This document shows, one piece after another, positions 24,201 through 33,589 of a DNA stretch of 57,425 nt; within the stretch, counting starts at the first letter, position 1; the number at the start of each line of letters is the position of its first letter. Both the position numbers and the translations under genes were made by a program. The stretch is taken from contig CAUYUJ010000027.1 in the NCBI GenBank assembly GCA_963575745.1, positions 62,001-119,425 on the forward strand, written 5' to 3'. Source of the stretch: Prorocentrum cordatum. Lineage: Eukaryota. Below the pieces are notes generated by a model. That model searched no databases and was not told the origin of the DNA. It was given only the letters and a program-made list of their open reading frames with translations.

Positions 24201-27045
24201 AGCCCACGGCGAAGCGCGTGACCCGTCCAGCAGGACCGCCCCCGTCGGGTCAGACACCGGCGACTCCAGGGACGTCCTCGGCCTCGGGTGGACCTCGCGC
24301 GGTCTGGGCCCAGAGTCAGTCTCCGTGGGGACCAGTGCCCGGAAAGCCACCTCCCAAGCCCGACCCTCGGGCGATTCCGCCGGCGGAGTGGACAGCGAGA
24401 CTCTATGCCAGAGGTCAGCAGTCTTCCTTTCCTTCGACGGCCGCAGCAGCGACAGGGATCCCAGTCAAGCCACCTCCGATCTCACTGTCGGGGGTCCCCG
24501 TCAAGCCGATGCCGGCATGCACGCACCCGATCGAGCACGTGAAGCACTACGGGAACAAGTACGGGTCCGGCTCGAAGTGCAAGCCGTGCGGCAAGTCCCT
24601 GGCGTGGGTCAAGAAGGGCGACCTCCCAGGCGACCCGAGTCAGATGGAGCGGGCTCCGTCAGCAGCCGAAGCTGCGAGGTCGGCAGCAGCGGCAGCGCAG
24701 AGAGCTGTGGACCTGTTGCAGCAGGATGGGGGCTTCACCCAGGGCGTGGCGGCCCTCAACACGGTCAACAGCCTCTCGGCCATGCTGCAGAGCCTGCAGT
24801 GGCAGCTCCACAACATCCCGGAGGGGGTGAGGGCCTTGGGAAACGTTCAGCAGGTGCTGGACCGCATGATAGCCTTTGCGATGGACAGCGCCAATCACCC
24901 GACGGAGATGCAGGAAGGAATGCACCGCATCTTTCAGGAGCTTTCGCGACTACGCGCGCTCCTGGAGACGTTCGAGAACTTCGGCGAGACGCTGGGCGGG
25001 ATCCAGACGGCGATCGAGGGACTCACGACGACCTTCGCCCAGTTCCAGCAAGGCATGGACCAGATGGTAGGCATGATAGTCCAGATCGGGACGGCGGTCT
25101 CGGCGCTGGCCACGCACGCCAACCAGCAGATGATCAACCCAGAGCTGCTGCAGATCCAGCAGGCCCAGATGATGGCCATGATGCAGGCCCAGGCGCAGCA
25201 GCAGCAGGTCGACAACTCCAGCGACGCGGCTCAGCAGGAGGGCGAGCCCGCGGGGCCGACGACGACCGCCTCCGAGGAGTTCTACATCGGCGACGCGACC
25301 ACCACCACAACGACGCCAGCCAGTCCAGAGGGCTGGCAGATTGTATGAGCGAGGAGATAGCCCGCTCACGCTTACGTTCTCTGAAGCTGACTCACAGCTT
25401 CTCCAGGTGCCCATGTCCAGCACCTGAGGAGAGAAAACAGTCCTCTCTCTCTCCCACTCCCCACTCGTCCCTCTGCCTCCCCTCCGTTAACGAACCCATG
25501 CCCCGTGCTCCCCTCGAGCATAGTTTTGAGGAGTATCAAGTCTATTGGCTAGACGGAGATTCGTGCAACGATGACCACGAGGCTTCATGGCCAAGGAAGG
25601 TCAGGGAGGCCGTCGAGCGGGGGGCGGTTGCGGATGCCGGAGGAAGCAAGACGGACCGGGCGGCAGCCGGCGGTGGGGAATTCCTGGTCCGCAAGGACAG
25701 GGCCCGCACGGCGTTTCTGGAAGTTTTCTCTCCGCCCCGAATTGCTCCCGAGGTGGAGAAGCGGGGGGCTCCACTCGGATCGTGCCCCAGCAGGGATCTG
25801 GTCTTGGGCTGGGATGCGTCGCGCCCTAGTCACGTGCGTGATCTTTGGAATCAAATCGAGAAGGAGGATCCTGAAGTCATATGGCTTAGTCCGGAGTGTC
25901 GTGTCTTTTCAGCGATTAATCACCTGAACAAAGCCAAGCGAGACCCCAGCGTGTGGCACCAGGAAGTGATGAACGGGCTCCGCGATCTAATCCTCTGTAT
26001 GGAGATCGCTCGTCACCAGATCGATCGGGGTCGATGCTTCGCTTTCGAGCATCCGCTCTACGCGACTTCCTGGAACGCTGAGGTGGTTCGGGTGATCCTC
26101 TCAATGGATGGAGTTAGGAAGCTAAGGATCGACATGTGCCAGTTCGGGCTTCAGGTGGATGAGCGAGGGGTCAACAAGAAACCTACCGGGGTCATCACTA
26201 ACCATCCTCTCCTGGCCAGGGCTCTGGACGGAAAGTTGTGCACCGGGGGACACAAGCACGCCCTGCTTGAAGGTCAGGCCAGGACGTCCCGAGCGGCCAG
26301 GTATCCCCAACGATTTGTGAAGGCGGTGGCCAACGCGGTGGCCGAGTACTGGAGCGGTACCAAGGGGAGCGAGCGTCCTCAGTGGGGAGACTTCTGCGAG
26401 GAGTCATTCCCGGCGGCAGCTTCGGCGGAAGAAGAGCCCGGGAGGGCCGAGGAGGAAGCCGGCGAAGTCTCCGAGGACAGTGGCGATGAGCAGGAGACCC
26501 GGGGGCCGACCGGGACCCAAGGCCTCAAGGAGGCCGAGATCGATCCTTCCGAAGAAGAAAAGAGGCTGATCTATAAGCTGCACGTGAATATGGGGCACCC
26601 CGAGGTCCGACGTTTCTGCCGCGTCTTGCGAGCCGGCGGGGTCAAGAGGCACCTCGTCAGGTGGGCGCTTAAGGGGTTTCGGTGTGCTGAGTTTCAGGAG
26701 CGGCAGAAGTCCAGCAGCCACCGCAGGGTCGCTCTCCCTCGGACCTTCCGATTCAATCACATTATTGCCGTAGATCTGTTCTATATCGAGTTTCAGGGTC
26801 AGACACACCCAGTGCTCAACATAGTGGACCACGTATCCAATCTGCAAGTGTGCACCCGCATACCCCACCCTCGCGCCGCTGACGTCTGGAGGGCGTTTAG
26901 CGAGTGTTGGTTGCGGCCATTTGGTGCCCCCCATTTTCTGATGTCCGACGGGGGGTCCGAGTTCGGAGAACGGTTCGCGCGGGGTCTGGAACAATGGGGG
27001 GTCCGGCACCACGTGTGTGACGCGGACTCGCCCTGGCAGACCGGC
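21205..27045 (+). CDS. gag-pol: Gag-protease-linker-DNMT-integrase (N-terminal part) polyprotein
   Basis: 1976-codon ORF. Motifs: CX2CX4HX4C knuckle CRLCDEKGHWGNEC (22678-22719), protease GLVDPGA (D at 22918) with ILSVNLL, integrase HVNMGHP, IAVDLF and MSDGGSEF. The frame is lost by a 1-nt deletion near 27045; the shifted frame continues VERHGGW. Confidence 0.9.
23792..25348 (+). CDS. Nested out-of-frame ORF (518 aa from the first ATG) inside gag-pol; zinc-binding motif plus long helical region, function unknown
   Basis: Protein-like composition in this frame, whereas the overlapping pol frame reads as R/G/P-rich shadow sequence. Hydrophobic N-terminus, C-x-H-x17-C-x2-C motif (24518-24589), Q/M/L-rich amphipathic region at about 24660-25210. 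Confidence 0.8.
   Translation: MRPNLLLRIMVIRLLAAAAGKGKKPGAQEATEEFLRQQAAIRALVEANPEAFQDQPGAGGALPVPMDTGGDPWVDQGLQGDHGFHEDSIGGITAPGGSQHQAEETAPGGGAGQPAEAAGQPHLPQGAPPQMGNAFLEPTAKRVTRPAGPPPSGQTPATPGTSSASGGPRAVWAQSQSPWGPVPGKPPPKPDPRAIPPAEWTARLYARGQQSSFPSTAAAATGIPVKPPPISLSGVPVKPMPACTHPIEHVKHYGNKYGSGSKCKPCGKSLAWVKKGDLPGDPSQMERAPSAAEAARSAAAAAQRAVDLLQQDGGFTQGVAALNTVNSLSAMLQSLQWQLHNIPEGVRALGNVQQVLDRMIAFAMDSANHPTEMQEGMHRIFQELSRLRALLETFENFGETLGGIQTAIEGLTTTFAQFQQGMDQMVGMIVQIGTAVSALATHANQQMINPELLQIQQAQMMAMMQAQAQQQQVDNSSDAAQQEGEPAGPTTTASEEFYIGDATTTTTTPASPEGWQIV
25714..26345 (+). other. C5 DNA cytosine methyltransferase-like domain embedded in pol
   Basis: Motif series FLEVFSPPR (I, lacking the canonical GxG), WLSPECRVFS (IV, Cys at 25897), FAFEHP (VI), DMCQFGL...KKPT (VIII) and AARYP (X). 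This matches the layout of retrotransposon-borne DNMTs known from dinoflagellates. Confidence 0.8.
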
Positions 27046-30000
27046 GAGTTGAACGCCATGGGGGGTGGGTTAAGGATCGTGTCAAGGCGGAGGTGGAAGC
27101 GGGGGCCTCCGTGGTCAGGTGTATTGAAGACTTAGATGAGCTTCTCTACGAGCTCGTGTCTCACAAAACCAGATACTGGCACCGGGGAGGGTTCTCCCCC
27201 ATGCAGCTCGTGTTCGGGGAAAACCCTCGACTTCCTCATGAGCTCCTTTCTGACGACATCGCCATTCCGGGGTGGCAGGACATGCTGTGCTCGCCTTCCG
27301 AGCACGACGGCCCCGGGACCGAGTTTGCTAGGGCCCAGAGGGTGCGAGAGGCAGCGCGAAGATTGGCGATGGAGGCCACCTCTAGAGACAAGGTGAACCG
27401 CGCCTCGCACGCCAGGGCCCCTGCCCCCAAGACCTTCAGCCCCGGACAGTGGGTCTATGTGTGGAGACATCTTACCCGCACCTCATCCCGAGCCGACGCT
27501 CTGGGTCGGAGAAGGGACGGGTGGTGCGGGCCCGGGGTGGTGGTTCTGTGCGAGGGCAGTACGGTGTGGGTGGCTGTCCGTGCGCGTCTTTGGAAGTGCT
27601 CCGTGGAACAGGTGAGATTGGCGAGCGTCGATGAGGAGCTGGGGGTTCAGCTCTCTCAGAGCCCCCAGTGGCAAGAGCTGTTGCGGCAATCTCAAACTCG
27701 GCGAGGCGCTGCGGTTGACGTTCAACGGGAGGGTCCACCACCCGACGAGGCGTGGGATGACTCGGTCCGGATCCAGGAAGATTCCGCGCCCAGGGTGCCC
27801 GGGGTGGGACCAACTCCCGCTGAAGAGCAGGACGACCCCGGGCCAGGGCCATCCGTGATGGGCCCGAGTCCCGGCCCCAGGAACCCCAGGCCAGGTTGGA
27901 GATCCCGAGCTCCCTCGGAGGCCGGCTCCGTCTCAGTTCAGCCCGGGAGCGAGCGGACACGTTTGCCATCCGTGCCAGAGGAGGCTCAAAGCACACCTCC
28001 CCAGGCATCACCCGAGATGTCCAGGGAAGTGTCCGGTGAGCCCGAGGAACACCCGAGCGGGGTGAGGGAAGCTTCTCCGCTCGTTTTTCCCGCTCCTCCT
28101 CCTCCCTCTCCCGCTCCCTCCTCCGCTCGCACTCGTCTTTCCCAACCGAACGACGTCCCTCATTGCATCCGGTCACGCACTGCCGAGGCGAGGGCGTCAA
28201 GCTCACCCCCCGAGGTCAAGCGTGCTCGCACCGAGGAGCCCCCGACTCCCGCCTCGAGGCCAGCGGTCATCTTGGGCCACGAGCCCCAGGTGCCCGTCGC
28301 CGACCGGGTGCGGGAGATCGAGGGCAGGCGGGAGCGGAGCCGCTCGCCGTCAGCCCCGACGGGCTGGGAGGAAGAGGACGGAGGAAGGACCGAGGATTTC
28401 TTCCTCTTCCCCGGTGGTGGTGTCGGTGGTGGTCTCCTGGCCCGGCCAGTTCAGGAGTACGAGTCAGGCCTCGGAGACAAGGGGGAGGGCACGTTTGTGG
28501 CCAGCAGGGGGGGAGAGGTCACTTTGAAGAATTTGAACCCCTCCGAACGTGCCAAGTTCGACATTTCTGATAAGAAGGAGTGGGACGCGATGATGGCGAC
28601 CGGAGCCGTCGAAATCATCTCGCCCAAGAAGGCGGATGCGGTGCGCAAGGCACAGCCCGAGCGCATCATCTCGAGTCGGATGGTTCGTCGATGGAAACCG
28701 GTGGAGGGGACATTCGCTAACCCGGACGCCAAATCACGCTGGTGCGTGCATGGACATAGAGACCCGGATTCAGGTTCTCTCCAGGTCTACTCCCCCACCC
28801 CTCAGACCAGCAGCATCATGATGTTTATACAGATCATCATGAATCTCTCCCTCCTGGCCGACATCGCAGACGTTAAAAACGCGTTCTGCCAGTCAGATCC
28901 AATATCACGTCCTCAGGGCGATATATATGTCGAGCCCTGCGACGGTATAGACATACCCAGGGGCAGCCTCATACTCTTGAAGGTGAACGTCTATGGATTA
29001 GACGACGCTCCTGTTGCCTGGAGAAAAACAGTCGTTAACTTTCTTGAGAAACATGGGTTTACTCGATGTTTATTGGGGCCTTGTTGGTGGATCCGGTACG
29101 GCCCAAAGGGGGAGGTGTTGAACATGATGTTGCTAGAGGTCGATGACTTCTTTATCGGGAGTTCGTCGGAGGAGTCACGTTCGTGGCTTAGAGGTTTGCT
29201 CGAATCCAGATTCAAGTTTGGAAAATATCGTGACCTGCAGGCAGGACCTGTTGAGTATGCAGGGCGCCGGATTTCTCTGAATGCTCGGCGTGCTGTCATC
29301 GATCAAGAAAAATATATCTAGGAGGAAATTCGACCACTTCCTCTTGCCCGAGGCCGCCTTACAAAGAAGGACTCGCCCCTGGACTCTTCCGAGTTCAAGG
29401 CTTTACGTTCACTTGTATACAAATTCAATTGGGTGGGTAGGGAGAGCCGCCCTGAGGCGGCAGGGGTCGCCAGCATACTGGCGAGTCGCCTTAAGGCTCC
29501 GACTACCGGCGACGTTTCCCTGGCAAATAAGCTCGTCAAGCACTTGAGGACTACGGCCTCGAGGGGCATCGCTGTCTGGAAATTGGATCCTGAAAACATG
29601 TCATTTATGTCTTTCTCCGACGCCGGCGGTGTAGGTGCAGCCGAGAGCATGACAGATGACAAGGGCCTTCCAGAAGACCCTACCCAGGGAGCGTGGATGG
29701 TCCTGGCAGCGGACAAGAGCGTGCTGGCGAACCGATCGGTCAAGGCATCCATCTTAGGATGGAGAAGCTCCAAGTTGCGCAGAAAGGTTCCGTCGACCTT
29801 GGCCGGTGAAACCCAGGCTCTTTCCTCCGCAGTAGCAGAAGTAGAGTATCTACAAGTCATGTACCGAGACGTGATGTTTAGAGACGTGGACGTCCAGGAC
29901 TACCACCGGGGCTCTGGGCCATTTACGGCAGTGCTCTGGCGTGACTGTCGGTTGGGCGCCCGGGAAGAGCAGGTACATGTAGTAGATGCCAAATCTATTT

Positions 30001-30509
30001 ACGACACGATGCTCAAGGAGGGGAACGCAGGGGCCCGGGACCGAAGAACGGCAATCGACCTGGCCATTATCAGCGAGGCCCTTGAGAGGGCCCAGGGTCG
30101 GGTACGATGGGTCCCTCACGGGAGGATGCCGGTCGACGCGTTGACCAAGGACGACGTGTCGAAATGCAACGCCGCACTCTTCGACCTAATGGTCAGCGGT
30201 CGTCTGGTTCTAGTCGATGAGCCCGGGGAGTTGGAGCGTCGACGAGAACAGCCCGAGCTTAAAAGTAGGACCCAGGCAGCGTCCAGGAAGGAGTTGGACA
30301 TGATCACCTGGGAAGACCTCCGCAGTCAGACTCCAGGTCCTGGTGGTGGTGGTGACGGTGGTCCTCCTCCTCCTCCTCCCTCTCCCTCTCTATTCCAATC
30401 GTCTGCCTGTCTTCCAGTAGAATCACTTTTCCTTATTCTCCACAGGGGGGTCAGGCAGATCCTGACCAGACAGCTGCAGGCCACAGGGGCCGACAGCTGG
30501 GGGTGCTAA
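27046..30509 (+). pseudogene. pol: Integrase C-terminus, copia-type reverse transcriptase and RNase H; one in-frame stop
   Basis: Integrase: ERHGG (catalytic E), FSPGQWVYVWR...WCGPGVV. RT: KSRWCVHGHRD, ADVKNAFCQ, VYGLDDAP, EVDDFF. TAG at 29319-29321, after which the same frame continues. RNase H: FSDAG, STLAGETQAL, VDAKSIYD, WVPHGRMPVDALTK. Confidence 0.92.
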
Positions 30510-30531
30510 ACCTGCTAGAAAGTCTGACCAG

Positions 30532-30661
30532 TGTAGCTGATCAGTAATTTTCTCTATCCGTTGCGTTCAGGTTTAGCGTTTAGTGTTGTACGCATGTTTG
30601 CACCCGTGGACGGTACTTTGGCTCAAGGGAAAAGTGTCCAGTGTGCTCTGCTGCTGCCACA
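30532..30661 (+). repeat. 3' LTR (130 bp)
   Basis: TGTAGCTGATCAG...CTGCCACA, followed by the TSD CTTT. Confidence 0.97.
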
Positions 30662-31379
30662 CTTTGTGAGGTCGACATAGGTGGATGGCCGTCAATACCA
30701 CAGAGTACCATGAGCGCTCTTCGTGGGCCATCTCTCCAGATCTCTCTTTGAGCCTGATGGTGCCAGCAAGAATTCTCAACTGTTGCCTGCACTCTGTGAT
30801 GAAAGTACTGCGCTCTCTGGCCGACGCAGTTGGGTCCAACTCTCCTGGGAAATGCTGATGCAGTCGCGCCTCCGAAGCAAGATCGGGGATGCTGCCCAAA
30901 GGCCTCTGATCTTCGTCCCTGGAACCATCCTCCTCCCCGTCTGCGAACGTAACCGACGGAGACCTCGTACGCTGCTGCCGCTTCGCAGTCGTCTGTCTGT
31001 CGTCCGCGTCGGTCTGTGTGGCGGGACCCTGACCTGACGCTTTTCCCCGACGAGTTTTGTCCCTTCGTTGGAATGGGTGCGCGTTTGATTGTTCTTGACC
31101 CACTGCTGTCTCTCGAATGTATCCGCAATCTGAGCCGAACCGTACTCCTGTCCTCGCAGTGCCACGATTCCTGCAGTTTTGCCTCTCCAAGAAGTTTGAC
31201 GCAGCACAGGAAGCACAACACCACGACTTGGAGGACAAATAATGATGACGATTGAGCAGCCGTCTTGCTTGGATGACTGTGTACTCAGACAATCCAGCTA
31301 TAACACGAGCCTGCGCTCGTGCCTCCCTCTGCCGGCGATGCCAAGCGGGGTTCGCCTTCCTCCGCCGATGTCCAGACAT
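30662..31379 (-). pseudogene. LINE-like element A, 5' part of ORF1 (RanBP2-type zinc finger), interrupted by the LTR element
   Basis: MSGHRRRK... then WCCASCAASNFLERQNCRNRG, which fits W-x-C-x2-C-x3-N-x6-C-x2-C with the last Cys lost. Joins in frame to 20937 when the LTR element and one TSD copy are removed. Confidence 0.75.
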
Positions 31380-33317
31380 TCGCGGCAGGCGCGGCCAGCC
31401 ACACTCAGCGGCCAACGCGGTGGCTCCGAACGCTGGTACAGTGTGTGGAACGTGTGCTGCCCTCAAAGGGCAAGCGCCCCGCCTCGTCGCCACGTGAGTA
31501 GCGGACCCAGACGGGAATTTGGATGGGGGGGGGGGGCGCCGCGTTCGGGCCCAGGAGGAGGAGGAGATGGACGAGGAGGAGGAGGAGGAGGAGGAGGAGG
31601 AGGAGGAGGAGGAGGAGGAGGAGCAATCTCTCTCCGAGCCCCAGTGGGCTCCCGGGGCAGCCCGGGAGGGCACGGGCGACCCTCGCGAGGCACCCGAGCC
31701 AGATGGCACCTCGAGGCGGCCAGCTACAAAGTGCTCCCGTTTCCAATCGGAGTTCTGCCTGTGCGACTCCCCGTGGCAGGCAGGTGGATATGATTCAGGA
31801 GGGGAAAAGACACACACAGACACAATTCGTCGTCGATTCCCCCCAAGAGATGTGGGAAAGTATTGGAAGTGGGGGCGAAGACACAAACTCCGAAAATACA
31901 AGAAAATATGGGGCATCTTTTCATTTGTGTGTATTTATTTGTGTGTCCCAGGGCCCCTTCAATGATCAGATCGTCAAGGGACCCCCTGTCGGAACCTCTG
32001 GCAGGTGGGTCGTAAAACACATCTTCTTCAGCACTCGTGCAAGCCCCCTTTGGCAGGCAAGGGGGGAATCAACAACCCTAGCGTGCAGAGCCCGTGTTAG
32101 ATACCCTCTGACAGTCAGGGGGCAACGTATGTATTTCCCTTGGGAGCCGTGTGATATTTCCTGCGGCTTCTGTCGTCGTGGAGCCCGCGTGAGCATCCCT
32201 CTGGCAGGCAGGGGGGAATTCATACATCTCACTCGGACCCCCTGCTTCTTGCTACACTTTGCGTTATGCCATCCGCTTTTTGTTGTTTTTTTCGTTTTGT
32301 CTACTTCTTGACTGTTTTTGGTAAGATGTATAGCTGTATACGGTCGGATCTTTCTGCTTGGCATGTCGCTCCGCTTGTGCTGGCCCACCACGCTGCGGCG
32401 CGACACGCTAACTACGTCCCAGTCCTCAAGCGTCAACTTTCCGAGTCTATCGACGCCGCTCGCTCCGCGGAGCCTGCCGATACCCCATCGGCTCGCAGGG
32501 CATAGCGTGTTGCAGGGCCGCCGTGTCGCTGGGGTCGCCGCAGCTACGCGCCAAGCAATAGTTCCCTTCGTGTGTATACATACTCTGGGATACGACGTTG
32601 CGCACAAGTTGCAACGTCGAGAATAATGATGACCGTAGCTCTAGACCCTATCTTTCCGCGCCATTTTTCGAGCCCGATCGATCTGTGATGGCCCCGGGGC
32701 CCGAACCAAGACAAGATCGCCCGGTGCGCAAAAGCTGTAACGCCAGGATCTCAGGGCAACCCGACCCCGACTACGACTCGTCTTTTGACCTGCGGCCCGG
32801 GAGCGATGACCCTCAGGGCGTGCGTCAGCCCAAGGCGTCTGGGTTTACCCCGCTCAGCCTCGCAGATAGCACGCCGCCCGTGCCTGCCCTCGTGACCACG
32901 GCTGGCCCAGACATCCGGCCGCTCCCGCTTTCTCGATGCGTGGGCCCCGGAGGCAGGGCTCGTTTCGCTAGCTCCGCCTCGATTCTGGTCGACTTCGATG
33001 GCTTCCGATTCCGCTTCGATCCGACCTGGGATCCCGGTTTTGGCTCCGATTCCTCAGTGGATACCTGCTGGCCTGCCGATATCCGCCGACTCGACTTCTC
33101 CCGCCTCGGCTGCCGATTCCCGCCGATCCGATTCGTTTCGACTGCCGCGATCCGACTCATCGATTCGATTCTGGGTTCTCCTGCGGAGGTCCGGACCACT
33201 TCCCTGAGGCCGGTTCTTCGTCCTGAGCCATTTCTCTGATCGGGGCTGGACAGAACCCCCAACAGTGACACGTCCCACGTTTTGCTAAAGGGGGGCCCCC
33301 GATCTGACGGTCCCGAG

Positions 33318-33380
33318 GCCCGTCGAGGGCCCCTGGAGGCCGCGCACGCGGCCCAGGGCTCGCCGCTCCAACTGCTGTCG
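33318..33380 (+). CDS. Candidate exon of host coiled-coil gene
   Basis: GAG|G acceptor, 21 codons ARRGPLEAAHAAQGSPLQLLS, G|GA donor; joins to 33466. Confidence 0.5.
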
Positions 33381-33465
33381 GAGCGTCGGATATCTCGGGG
33401 TGCGTCGTGTCGGCGGCTGGGCACGCCGTCGGCGCGGCAGCGCCCTCGAGGGGGGCCCCCGGTAG

Positions 33466-33495
33466 GAGCGGCTGGACGGCCTCGCCGCCCGGCAG
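33466..33495 (+). CDS. Candidate micro-exon of host coiled-coil gene
   Basis: TAG|G acceptor, ERLDGLAARQ, CAG|GA donor. Confidence 0.55.
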
Positions 33496-33589
33496 GAGCC
33501 GCCCGGGAGCCCCGCGTCCGCGAGGAGCCAGCAACTGCACAGGCACAAGCTGTCGGAGGTCCGCGCCCATCTCCTGGATCGGCGCTGAG

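Larger units (their letters stand above)
20942..30661 (+). mobile_element. Structurally complete LTR retrotransposon with Ty1/copia domain order, carrying a C5 cytosine methyltransferase domain
   Basis: Seen: 130-bp TG...CA direct repeats at both ends, CTTT at 20938-20941 and 30662-30665 (4-bp TSD), and a PBS after the 5' LTR. Internal motifs in order: CCHC knuckle, aspartic protease, DNMT, integrase, RT, RNase H. Confidence 0.97.

Noticed and set aside
23792..25348. Calling the nested ORF an envelope (env) gene
   Set aside because: The hydrophobic N-terminus and heptads are suggestive, but there is no clear C-terminal transmembrane anchor or furin site, and the position is not that of env.
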